Shown here piece by piece: positions 8,774-16,917 of a stretch of DNA of 34,090 nt. The stretch comes from Betaproteobacteria bacterium (GTDB lineage: Bacteria; Pseudomonadota; Gammaproteobacteria; Burkholderiales; JBEEJL01), in assembly GCA_043772415.1 (NCBI GenBank), contig JAYVGF010000094.1, positions 1-34,090 on the forward strand. Direction: 5' to 3'. How positions within the stretch are numbered: position 1 is the stretch's first letter; the number at the start of each line of letters is the position of its first letter. Made by a program: the position numbers and the translations under genes. The notes below the pieces were generated by a model. It did not search any database, had not been told where the DNA came from, and saw nothing but the letters and a program-made list of their open reading frames with translations.

Positions 8774-9220
8774 TCATTCCACTCTCAACCAAGTCTGCGT
8801 GCGAAATAAAGGCCCGATATAGCCGCGTACTTTTAGTTTTTTGCCGTCGTCTTCCAGCCACAATTTACATTGATAAATCTTGCCGTTGTCCGGGTCCATG
8901 ATGGTGCCGTCTTTGTATTCATCTTCATGTTTTTTCAGCTGGTTGATGATTTTCATGCCGATGATGGGTTGGTCTTTGAGTTCGCCCTGGCACTTGTCGC
9001 ACTTTGGATTCGGATCTTCGTTCGGTTCGTGGAAACCTTTTTCGATCATGCCGTCATACAAACCAGCGTTCTGGCTAATTCGCACAATAGAGCGCGGCTT
9101 ACCAGTGTTATCGTCGATGCTTTTCCACGCGCCGACGATCGAAGATGTGTCGGCGCGTGTGTGCGCGGTGAATAAGCTTGCTGCAAGTAATATCAATGAA
9201 AAATATTTATTCGTGACCAT
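8774..9220 (-). CDS. DUF2147 domain-containing secreted protein
   Basis: Signal peptide, then G.W..IDD.TGK.+S.V.I, C..C.G..K..PI.GM.I and DP.NGK.Y.C...L...G..L.VRGY motifs. Confidence 0.75.
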   Translation of the reverse strand: MVTNKYFSLILLAASLFTAHTRADTSSIVGAWKSIDDNTGKPRSIVRISQNAGLYDGMIEKGFHEPNEDPNPKCDKCQGELKDQPIIGMKIINQLKKHEDEYKDGTIMDPDNGKIYQCKLWLEDDGKKLKVRGYIGPLFRTQTWLRVE

Positions 9221-9223
9221 CCT

Positions 9224-9252
9224 GAATAATTAAATATAATCAATAAGTTACA
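9224..9252 (+). repeat. AT-rich ~30-bp dispersed repeat, copy 3 (degenerate)
   Basis: GAATAATTAAATATAATCAATAAGTTACA matches the reference copy at about 23 of 29 positions. The core ATCAATAAGTTA fits WATCAANNNNTTR. Confidence 0.5.
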
Positions 9253-9257
9253 GTTAG

Positions 9258-10607
9258 TTAAAGAGCGATACGAAAGGGACAACCGGTTTTCGCTGTCACT
9301 TCTTCGAGCGTCACACCTTCGTGCAGTTCAATCAATTTTAAGCCTTTACCCGCTTCGACTTCAAACACACACAAGTCGGTGATGATTAAATTCACCACCG
9401 CTTTGCCGGTAATCGGCAACGAGCATTGCTTGAGAATTTTTGGCGTGCCGTCTTTGGCGGTGTGTTCCATCAACACCACGACGCGCTTCACGCCCGACAC
9501 CAAGTCCATCGCACCGCCTGGTCCTTTGACCATTTTGCCCGGCACCATCCAGTTGGCGAGGTCGCCGTTTTCGGCGACTTCGAGTCCGCCTAATATCGAC
9601 AAGTCCACATGCCCGCCGCGTATCATGGCGAAAGAATCTGCGCTGCTGAAAAAACTCGAACCGGCAATCGTGGTGATAGTTTGTTTACCGGCGTTAATCA
9701 AATCGGGATCGACTTTATCTTCTGTCGGAAAAGGTCCGATGCCGAGCAAACCGTTTTCCGATTGCAGGATGACGTTGATGCCTGTGGGAATGTGATTGGC
9801 GACGAGTGTCGGAATGCCGATACCGAGATTAACGTAATAGCCATCGCGTAATTCTTTCGCCGCGCGCGCGGCCATGGTGTCGCGTATCGGCGTATCTTTT
9901 TTCGACGCGGCAGCGCCGGACACGGTGCGAAACTCGATGCGCTTTTCGTAATTTTTGCCTTGGATAATGCGATCGACATAAATGCCCGGCGTGTGGATTT
10001 GGTCCGGGTCGATCTGGCCGATTTCGACTAACTCTTCTACTTCTGCGACGGTGATTTTGCCGCAGGTGGCGATCATCGGATTAAAATTGCGCGAGGTTTT
10101 GTTATAAACCAAGTTGCCGGCTTTATCGCCTTTCCATGCTTTGACGATGGAGATGTCGGCCTGGATGGCTTCTTCCAACACATAGTCTTTGTCGCCGAAT
10201 TTTTTGGTTTCTTTACCGTCGGCAAGTTTGGTGCCGAAGGCGGTGCGCGTGTAAAAGCCCGGTATGCCCGCGCCGCCTGCGCGTAATTTTTCTGCCAGCG
10301 TGCCTTGCGGTGTGAGTTGTAATTCCAGTTCGTTGGCCAACACTTGGCGTTCGAATTCTTTATTCTCGCCAACGTAAGAGGCGATGACTTTTTTCACCTG
10401 GCGCGATTTCAGCAGCAAGCCCATGCCGAAATCATCCACGCCTGCATTGTTGCCGACGATGGTGAGATTCTTCGCGCCGTTTTCTACCAGCGCGCTGATT
10501 AAATTTTCCGGTATGCCGCACAAACCGAAACCGCCGGCGGCGATAGTAATATTGTCTTTGAGAATATCTTTGAGGGCGCTGTGTGCGTCAGGAAATACTT
10601 TGCTCAT
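9258..10607 (-). CDS. 3-oxoacid CoA-transferase with fused A and B subunits (SCOT-like)
   Basis: The N-terminal half carries GGFGLCG.PE.L and the subunit A fold. The C-terminal half carries NLGIGIPT and the catalytic-Glu motif SENG(L/I)LG of subunit B. It is one uninterrupted 449-aa ORF. Confidence 0.85.
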   Translation of the reverse strand: MSKVFPDAHSALKDILKDNITIAAGGFGLCGIPENLISALVENGAKNLTIVGNNAGVDDFGMGLLLKSRQVKKVIASYVGENKEFERQVLANELELQLTPQGTLAEKLRAGGAGIPGFYTRTAFGTKLADGKETKKFGDKDYVLEEAIQADISIVKAWKGDKAGNLVYNKTSRNFNPMIATCGKITVAEVEELVEIGQIDPDQIHTPGIYVDRIIQGKNYEKRIEFRTVSGAAASKKDTPIRDTMAARAAKELRDGYYVNLGIGIPTLVANHIPTGINVILQSENGLLGIGPFPTEDKVDPDLINAGKQTITTIAGSSFFSSADSFAMIRGGHVDLSILGGLEVAENGDLANWMVPGKMVKGPGGAMDLVSGVKRVVVLMEHTAKDGTPKILKQCSLPITGKAVVNLIITDLCVFEVEAGKGLKLIELHEGVTLEEVTAKTGCPFRIAL

Positions 10608-10630
10608 GAAAACTCCGTTGGAATTAAACA

Positions 10631-10654
10631 GCGCAGAAAATTATTTTTCTGCGC
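10631..10654. promoter_or_regulatory. 24-bp palindrome GCGCAGAAAA-TTAT-TTTTCTGCGC in the CoA-transferase 5' region
   Basis: Perfect 10-bp arms located 24 nt upstream of the minus-strand start at 10607. It could be an operator or a leader hairpin; the function is unknown. Confidence 0.35.
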
Positions 10655-10735
10655 CTATATAAGGTGTTGGTGCAGTTGCAGCAAAACATATTATGCCGCT
10701 ATTTTGTTGCTAGAGGGGGACGACTTAATAGCATT

Positions 10736-10766
10736 AAATAATTTAATAAAATCAAATAGTTATAAA
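10736..10766 (+). repeat. AT-rich ~30-bp dispersed repeat, copy 4 (reference copy)
   Basis: AAATAATTTAATAAAATCAAATAGTTATAAA lies in the divergent intergenic region. The core AATCAAATAGTTA fits the IHF consensus WATCAANNNNTTR. Confidence 0.8.
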
Positions 10767-10943
10767 ATTTCGACTAGAGCGATATGTAAGCTAGCGGAAA
10801 GGCTTTTTTTAGGGGTTTGCATAGGGGTGACGGCGCGGGAAATTCTGGTATATTTACAGCACAAATTTTTGCAGTCTCATTTTTTACAAGTATTAAGGGT
10901 AAATGGTCGCCCATAACGGCCAATATAATCGTAGGGAGGAAGC

Positions 10944-12971
10944 ATGTCACCAGGTGTAATCTTAGCAATCGTCTGTGCTATCGCGGCTATCATTTACGGA
11001 GTCTGGTCGCGCCAGTGGTTAATGGCGAAGCCGACCGGCAACGCAAAAATGCAGGAAATCGCTGCGGCGATTCAAGAGGGCGCGCAAGCGTATTTGAATA
11101 AACAATATACCGCCATCGCAGTGGTCGGCGTCATTCTACTTATTCTGATTGCCATTTTTCTCGGCGCGAAAACCGCAGTCGGTTTTTTAATCGGCGCAGT
11201 CTTGTCCGGTGCCACAGGTTACATTGGCATGAACGTCTCGGTGCGCGCTAACGTGCGTACAGCGGAAGCGGCGAATAACGGACTCAACGCCGCGCTCGCC
11301 GTCGCCTTCCGTGGCGGCGCAATTACCGGCATGTTGGTTGTCGGTCTTGGCTTGCTCGGCGTCGCGGGTTACTACGCCTACCTTACCGCAGGCGGAGAAA
11401 CTAACATTCAACCTTTAGTCGGCCTCGCTTTCGGCGGTTCGCTGATTTCCATTTTCGCGCGTTTGGGCGGCGGCATTTTCACCAAGGGCGCCGACGTCGG
11501 CGCGGACCTGGTGGGTAAAGTCGAAGCCGGAATTCCCGAAGACGACCCACGCAACCCAGCGGTGATTGCCGATAACGTCGGCGACAACGTCGGCGATTGC
11601 GCCGGTATGGCGGCGGATTTGTTCGAGACTTATGCCGTGACCTTGATCGCGACTATGTTGCTCGGCGCGTTGGTGATGAAAGGCTTCGGCAACGCAGCCG
11701 TGTATCCGTTGGCACTCGGCGGTGTGTCGATCATCGCTTCCATCATCGGCTGCTCATTCGTCAATGCGCGCGACGGCGGCAAAATCATGAACGCCTTGTA
11801 TCGGGGCTTGGCAGTGGCTGGCGGTTTGTCGGCGATTGCGTTTTACCCGGTGACTACTTGGCTGATGTCCGGCAATCCGTTGAACCTCACGCCGATGACC
11901 TTGTGGCTCGCCACACTCATCGGTTTGATCATCACCGCAGCTTTGGTGTGGATCACCGAATATTACACCGGCACCGATTTCAAACCGGTGCGTCATATCG
12001 CCGAAGCATCGACCACCGGCCACGGCACCAACATCATCGCCGGTCTCGGCGTATCGATGAAGGCGACGGCTGCGCCTGTGCTCGTGATCTGTTTGGGTAT
12101 CTGGGCTGCGTATAAATTAGGCGGTGACACAGGCGGTTTGTATTGTGTTGCCATTGCCGCGACGTCGATGTTGTCGATGGCCGGTATTATCGTTGCGCTC
12201 GACGCTTACGGCCCTATCACCGATAACGCAGGCGGTATTGCCGAGATGGCAGGCTTGCCTAAAGCCATCCGCGACATTACCGATCCTCTCGACGCAGTCG
12301 GTAACACGACTAAAGCCGTGACTAAAGGTTATGCGATTGGCTCAGCTGCATTGGCCGCGCTGGTGTTGTTCGCCGATTACACCAATGAACTTTCTGTTCA
12401 CAATAAAGGTGCGCTCACTACATTTGATTTGTCCAACTATAAAGTCATCATCGGCTTGTTCATCGGCGGCATGATTCCTTATTTGTTCGGCGCGATGGCG
12501 ATGGAAGCGGTGGGGCGCGCAGCTGGATCAGTCGTGGTGGAAGTGCGTCGCCAGTTCAGAGAAATCAAAGGCATCATGGAAGGCACCGCCAAACCGGATT
12601 ATTCCAAAGCCGTCGGCATGCTGACCACCGCCGCGATTAAGGAAATGATCGTGCCGTCACTGTTGCCGGTGTTAGTGCCGGTAGTCGTCGGCCTCGCGCT
12701 CGGCCCACAAGCCTTGGGCGGCGTATTGATGGGCACTATCATCACTGGCCTGTTCGTCGCCATCTCCATGACCACCGGCGGTGGCGCGTGGGACAACGCG
12801 AAGAAATACATCGAAGACGATAACTTCGGCGGCAAAGGCTCGGAAGCGCATAAGGCTGCCGTTACCGGCGACACCGTCGGCGATCCGTACAAAGACACCG
12901 CCGGTCCAGCGATAAACCCGATGATCAAGATTATTAACATCGTCGCGCTGATGATTGTGCCGTTGTTGTAA
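10944..12971 (+). CDS. hppA: K+-independent H+-translocating membrane pyrophosphatase
   Basis: 675 aa and polytopic. Motifs [39 protein letters not shown] and DAYGPI.DNAGG are present. The GNTTKA motif has Lys at the A/K position that distinguishes K+-independent enzymes. RBS GGGAGGA. Confidence 0.93.
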   Translation: MSPGVILAIVCAIAAIIYGVWSRQWLMAKPTGNAKMQEIAAAIQEGAQAYLNKQYTAIAVVGVILLILIAIFLGAKTAVGFLIGAVLSGATGYIGMNVSVRANVRTAEAANNGLNAALAVAFRGGAITGMLVVGLGLLGVAGYYAYLTAGGETNIQPLVGLAFGGSLISIFARLGGGIFTKGADVGADLVGKVEAGIPEDDPRNPAVIADNVGDNVGDCAGMAADLFETYAVTLIATMLLGALVMKGFGNAAVYPLALGGVSIIASIIGCSFVNARDGGKIMNALYRGLAVAGGLSAIAFYPVTTWLMSGNPLNLTPMTLWLATLIGLIITAALVWITEYYTGTDFKPVRHIAEASTTGHGTNIIAGLGVSMKATAAPVLVICLGIWAAYKLGGDTGGLYCVAIAATSMLSMAGIIVALDAYGPITDNAGGIAEMAGLPKAIRDITDPLDAVGNTTKAVTKGYAIGSAALAALVLFADYTNELSVHNKGALTTFDLSNYKVIIGLFIGGMIPYLFGAMAMEAVGRAAGSVVVEVRRQFREIKGIMEGTAKPDYSKAVGMLTTAAIKEMIVPSLLPVLVPVVVGLALGPQALGGVLMGTIITGLFVAISMTTGGGAWDNAKKYIEDDNFGGKGSEAHKAAVTGDTVGDPYKDTAGPAINPMIKIINIVALMIVPLL

Positions 12972-12992
12972 ATGGTATTAGCGGCATACAAA

Positions 12993-13019
12993 ACGGGCGA
13001 CGCAGTCGCCCGTTTTTTT
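12993..13019 (+). terminator. Rho-independent terminator after hppA
   Basis: ACGGGCGAC-GCA-GTCGCCCGT followed by TTTTTTT. Confidence 0.85.
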
Positions 13020-13040
13020 AACCTTCAAACAGGAACCCTC

Positions 13041-13247
13041 ATGCTTTATATTCTCGCTTTGTTCTTGCCCTTCCTCGCCGTCATGCTCAAAGGCCGCATC
13101 CTCGCCGGTGTCGTTTTGCTATTGTTGCAATTAACCTTGATAGGCTGGCTACCCGCCACCATCGTCGCGTGTTTTATTATCAATAATGAAAATAATAAAA
13201 AACACATCGAGCAAGCCATCAAGAAAAATCAGGCAGCTATGAGGTAA
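13041..13247 (+). CDS. YqaE/Pmp3-like small membrane protein
   Basis: 68 aa with two TM segments. LALFLPFLAVMLKG ... LLQLTLIGWLPATIVA resembles the Pmp3/UPF0057 pattern (LPPLGV..K...LN.LLT.LG.IPG..HA). The track start at 12972 would overlap the hppA terminator, so I take the ATG at 13041. Confidence 0.5.
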   Translation: MLYILALFLPFLAVMLKGRILAGVVLLLLQLTLIGWLPATIVACFIINNENNKKHIEQAIKKNQAAMR

Positions 13248-13251
13248 GGTT

Positions 13252-13281
13252 TTCAAATTGATTGCTGCCCTACGGTATAAT
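13252..13281 (+). promoter_or_regulatory. Candidate sigma70 promoter for ppa
   Basis: TTCAAA, 18 nt, then TATAAT (perfect -10 at 13276-13281), 30 nt upstream of the ATG. Confidence 0.4.
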
Positions 13282-13310
13282 CACTTTTTCCCATCTGCAG
13301 AGCCAACAAC

Positions 13311-13859
13311 ATGAACCTCGACCGCGTACCCTCAGGGCGTGACTTGCCCAACGACTTTAACGTCATTATCGAAATCCCGATGAATGGCGAACCGATCAAA
13401 TACGAACTCGATAAAGCCACCGGCGCGATGTTTGTCGATCGCTTTATGTCCACCGCGATGCATTACCCGTGTAATTACGGCTATATTCCGAAAACATTAT
13501 CGGGCGACGGTGATCCGGTCGATGTGCTGGTGATTACGCCGGTGCCGTTGGCGATGGGCGTGGTAGTGCGCTGCCGCCCTGTTGGCGTGTTGAAGATGAC
13601 GGACGAGGCGGGCAGTGACGAGAAATTGCTCGCGGTGCCGGTGGATAAATTGTGTAATCTTTATCGCCATATTCAAAGCCCGCGTGATCTGGCCGAAGGA
13701 CGTCTGGCGCAAATCGCCCATTTCTTTGAACACTACAAAGATCTCGAAGTCGGTAAATGGGTCAAGCTCGAAGGCTGGCAAGGGCCGGAAGAAGCCAAGG
13801 CTGAAATAATGGCGGGAGTGAAGCGTTATAACGAAGCGAAAGATAAGCCGAATTTTTGA
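13311..13859 (+). CDS. ppa: Inorganic pyrophosphatase (soluble, family I)
   Basis: Family I signature motifs: IIEIP......KYE.DK, YP.NYG.IP.T...DGDP.D.LV and D..G.DEK..AVP. Confidence 0.93.
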   Translation: MNLDRVPSGRDLPNDFNVIIEIPMNGEPIKYELDKATGAMFVDRFMSTAMHYPCNYGYIPKTLSGDGDPVDVLVITPVPLAMGVVVRCRPVGVLKMTDEAGSDEKLLAVPVDKLCNLYRHIQSPRDLAEGRLAQIAHFFEHYKDLEVGKWVKLEGWQGPEEAKAEIMAGVKRYNEAKDKPNF

Positions 13860-13891
13860 TTGAATAAATGCTATAAGAACAGGGGGGCAGT

Positions 13892-14665
13892 ATGTTGAAT
13901 ATAAAAAGGCACAAAATTTTTCTTGGCGGCATTGCTGTTCTCTTGTTAGGTTTTTCGCACTTTGCTACTGCGCAAACACAACGTACCTACGCTGTTCTTT
14001 CGCTGATTGGCGATAAGTTGGATATTGTAACTGCAGCGCCTGTCACCGGCTCGAATCTTGATCGCAACCATCATGAGCTGATTCCCCTCGATAGCTCTGT
14101 ATTTGATGATGCGGCACTATTCGGTGCTGAGAAGGCAATTATTAAGGGCGAAGCAAGCGCCAAGGTAACTTTGTTACGCAGTAATGAGGCCAAGCTCTTC
14201 GCTCTTCAAGAGCGTATTCTTGACGCAGACGCTGATGCGGATGAACTATTGAAAGGAATATTATTAGTAGCGAAAGATTCTCAAGTAACTCATTTAATTT
14301 TGGTAGCGAAATATCGTGGTGAGGCTGAGTTAAAATTAAAATACGAAAATACCGGCCACGGCAAATTGAAGGGGTTGGGCTTTTATGTCGATAGAAACAA
14401 AAAAGTAAGGCGGTCAGATACAGGCGAAAATGGTTTCGGTTTTCTTGCGCCTTATTGTTACATTAAAGCCATGTTGATAGATACGCAGACGGGGGCCATT
14501 TTACGCTCAGAAAAATCGGCGACGGGAACAGCCTGGTCCGCTGCACGCGCCAAAAATTCGACGCATCCTTGGGACGTGTTATCTCCGCAGGAAAAAATTA
14601 CTACTATTGAGCGCATGGTAAAGAGTGAAACCGAGAAGCTCGTCACTCTGGTATTGGCTGAGTAG
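13892..14665 (+). CDS. Hypothetical secreted protein (signal peptide, no recognised domain)
   Basis: 257-aa ORF with RBS GGGGGG and the N-terminal signal LGGIAVLLLGFSHFATAQ. It looks more AT-rich than its neighbours and uses rarer codons, by eye. It is followed by a strong terminator. Confidence 0.6.
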   Translation: MLNIKRHKIFLGGIAVLLLGFSHFATAQTQRTYAVLSLIGDKLDIVTAAPVTGSNLDRNHHELIPLDSSVFDDAALFGAEKAIIKGEASAKVTLLRSNEAKLFALQERILDADADADELLKGILLVAKDSQVTHLILVAKYRGEAELKLKYENTGHGKLKGLGFYVDRNKKVRRSDTGENGFGFLAPYCYIKAMLIDTQTGAILRSEKSATGTAWSAARAKNSTHPWDVLSPQEKITTIERMVKSETEKLVTLVLAE

Positions 14666-14694
14666 ATAGGAAGGCTCCATAATATGTGGACATG

Positions 14695-14716
14695 CCCCGC
14701 CAGCGGGGTTTTTTTT
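14695..14716 (+). terminator. Rho-independent terminator
   Basis: CCCCGC-CA-GCGGGG followed by T8. Confidence 0.85.
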
Positions 14717-14746
14717 CGCTCTGAATAAGTGCGTCAATTATGTGTT

Positions 14747-14763
14747 TGCACTAGAGAAGTGCA
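14747..14763. promoter_or_regulatory. NtrC-type enhancer dyad TGCAC-N7-GTGCA
   Basis: TGCACTAGAGAAGTGCA matches the 17-bp NtrC dyad architecture (TGCACC-N5-GGTGCA). It lies about 70 bp upstream of the sigma54-like promoter. Confidence 0.5.
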
Positions 14764-14815
14764 TTATTTTATACTCATAAAAATAAACTTTAATTTAATC
14801 AATGGCTTGGTTTTT

Positions 14816-14831
14816 AGGAACGGAAATTGCA
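14816..14831 (+). promoter_or_regulatory. Sigma54 (-24/-12) promoter candidate for amt
   Basis: AGGAACGGAAATTGCA compared with consensus TGGCACG-N4-TTGCA. The GG and GC elements are correctly spaced, and the site is about 36 nt upstream of the ATG at 14867. Confidence 0.6.
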
Positions 14832-14866
14832 TTATTGCATCGGATAACTATTCACAGGGGGAAGTA

Positions 14867-16081
14867 ATGGACGCTTTAGTCACCAGTAGTAACACACTCT
14901 TTATTTTGCTCGGCGCGATTATGATTCTCGCCATGCATGCGGGCTTTGCGTTTTTGGAGCTCGGCACGGTGCGCAAGAAAAATCAGGTCAACGCGCTGGT
15001 GAAAATCCTGTGCGATTTTAGTGTTTCGACCATCGCTTATTTTTTCATCGGTTATTTCATCGCTTACGGCACGCACTTTTTTGTCAACGCTGATGTGTTG
15101 TCGGAAAAATCCGGATATGAACTGACCAAGTTTTTTTTCCTGCTGACTTTTGCCGCGGCGATCCCGGCGATTGTGTCCGGCGGCATCGCCGAACGGGCGA
15201 AATTTAATCCGCAACTTGCCGCGACGTTTATTCTGGTCGCGTTCATTTATCCCTTGTTTGAAGGCATCGCGTGGAACCAGCGCTTCGGCATTCAAGCTTG
15301 GCTCAAAGGCGCTTTCGGCGCGGAGTTTCATGATTTCGCCGGTTCGGTGGTCGTGCATGCGATGGGCGGCTGGATTGCCTTGGCCGCTGTCGTATTGCTC
15401 GGCGCGCGTCGTGGGCGTTACGGCAAAGACGGCCGCGTGTCGGCGCATCCGCCTTCGAGCATTCCGTTTTTGGCTTTGGGCGCGTGGATACTCACCGTCG
15501 GCTGGTTCGGTTTTAACGTGATGTCGGCGCAAACGCTGGATAAAATTTCCGGCTTGGTCGCGATGAATTCGCTCATGGCGATGGTCGGCGGCACGCTGGT
15601 CGCGTTATGGGTCGGCAAAAACGATCCGGGCTTTGTACATAACGGCCCGCTCGCGGGTTTGGTCGCCGTGTGCGCAGGCTCGGACATCATGCATCCGCTC
15701 GGCGCGCTGGCGACGGGCGCGATTGCTGGTGGATTATTTGTCTATATGTTCACCCTGACGCAAAACAAATGGAAAATCGATGACGTGCTCGGCGTGTGGC
15801 CGTTGCATGGTTTGTGCGGCGCATGGGGCGGCATTGCCGCAGGCATTTTCGGCCTCAAGTCTTTGGGCGGCACGGCGAACGGCGAAGCGGGCATCAGCTT
15901 CATGGCGCAAGTGGTCGGGACTTTGATGGGCGTCGGCATTGCGTTGGCCGGAGGATTCATCGTCTATGGATTGCTCAAAGCAACCATGGGTTTGCGCCTC
16001 GACGCCGAAGAAGAATTTGAAGGCGCGGATTTGAGCATCCATAAAATCTCCGCTACCTCAGAGCGGGAAACTAACTGGTAA
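14867..16081 (+). CDS. amt: Ammonium transporter (Amt family)
   Basis: About 11 TM segments. Motifs include FILLGAIMILAMHAGFAFLE.G, DFAGS.VVH..GG and a W-rich pore region. ATG at 14867 is preceded by GGGGGA; the upstream in-frame extension from 14729 is AT-rich leader sequence. Confidence 0.9.
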   Translation: MDALVTSSNTLFILLGAIMILAMHAGFAFLELGTVRKKNQVNALVKILCDFSVSTIAYFFIGYFIAYGTHFFVNADVLSEKSGYELTKFFFLLTFAAAIPAIVSGGIAERAKFNPQLAATFILVAFIYPLFEGIAWNQRFGIQAWLKGAFGAEFHDFAGSVVVHAMGGWIALAAVVLLGARRGRYGKDGRVSAHPPSSIPFLALGAWILTVGWFGFNVMSAQTLDKISGLVAMNSLMAMVGGTLVALWVGKNDPGFVHNGPLAGLVAVCAGSDIMHPLGALATGAIAGGLFVYMFTLTQNKWKIDDVLGVWPLHGLCGAWGGIAAGIFGLKSLGGTANGEAGISFMAQVVGTLMGVGIALAGGFIVYGLLKATMGLRLDAEEEFEGADLSIHKISATSERETNW

Positions 16082-16131
16082 GGAATTGATGATCATGACG
16101 ACCAATCCGCATCCACGTGAGGAGAGCCGTC

Positions 16132-16911
16132 ATGACCAAGCCATTGAAATATTCCGTTTTTATTCTCAGCGCACTCGCTGCTGCGCACCCCGCCTACGCC
16201 GCAAGCTGTAACGCAAAAAGCGGCGCAGGTACCGCTGCGCTGCTCGAACTTTATACTTCCGAAGGTTGTAGCTCCTGCCCGCCTGCTGATAAATGGGTCA
16301 GTAGTCTGGGTATCAAACCAGACAAGTTGGTGCCTATCGCGCTGCATGTCGGCTATTGGGATTACATTGGTTGGAAAGACGAATTCGCCAAGCCCGAGTT
16401 CTATCGCCGCCAAAGCGAATACGCCAGCCTACATAATAAATCCGGCGTGTTCACGCCGCAAACCGTGCTTAACGGCAAAAATCTTTCTACTGGCAGCAAT
16501 GGCAAATTGAGCGATGCACTCGCCGCCATTAACGCGACGCCAGCGCGTGCGGATATCTCACTTGCGTTGAATTCAGCAGCGAATGGTGTCGTCGAAGTAT
16601 CAGCCAAAGGCCGTGTAAAGGGCGCCGACGCGCGCGAACATAGCGCCGGTTATCTGGCGTTATACGAAAACAAATTATTTTCGCAGGTGAAAGCCGGTGA
16701 GAACAGCGGCGAAAAACTCCACCATGATTTTGTCGTGCGCGAATGGATCGGTCCGCTGGCGCTCGACATTAACGGTGATGTGGAAGCGGAGAAAAAATTA
16801 ACGCTGAAACCAGAATGGAAAACAGCCAATTTGGGTGTAGCGATGTTTATCCAGAACCGCAGCAACGGGGAGGTGCTGCAGGCACTGTCGCTTCCTTTGT
16901 GCATGAATTAA
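16132..16911 (+). CDS. DUF1223 domain-containing (thioredoxin-like) periplasmic protein
   Basis: Signal peptide, then ELYTSEGCSSCPPAD, HV.YWDYIGWKD.F and RQ..Y motifs. ATG at 16132 follows GAGGAG; the track start at 16117 is a GTG. Confidence 0.8.
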   Translation: MTKPLKYSVFILSALAAAHPAYAASCNAKSGAGTAALLELYTSEGCSSCPPADKWVSSLGIKPDKLVPIALHVGYWDYIGWKDEFAKPEFYRRQSEYASLHNKSGVFTPQTVLNGKNLSTGSNGKLSDALAAINATPARADISLALNSAANGVVEVSAKGRVKGADAREHSAGYLALYENKLFSQVKAGENSGEKLHHDFVVREWIGPLALDINGDVEAEKKLTLKPEWKTANLGVAMFIQNRSNGEVLQALSLPLCMN

Positions 16912-16917
16912 AATTTT

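Noticed and set aside
10924-10929. Perfect TATAAT 15 nt upstream of the hppA start, as its promoter -10.
   Set aside because: The implied TSS would fall inside or after the GGGAGGA RBS, and no acceptable -35 lies at 16-18 nt. The match is probably fortuitous.
12972-13040. Upstream ATG (12972) for the small membrane protein, as given in the ORF track.
   Set aside because: The extension would be translated straight through the hppA rho-independent terminator hairpin and starts right at the hppA stop. The ATG at 13041 begins the hydrophobic Pmp3-like core.
14729-14866. 46-codon N-terminal extension of amt in the track.
   Set aside because: The extension is AT-rich, contains the sigma54/NtrC promoter elements and has no RBS. 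The ATG at 14867 has a GGGGGA RBS and begins the canonical Amt N-terminus.
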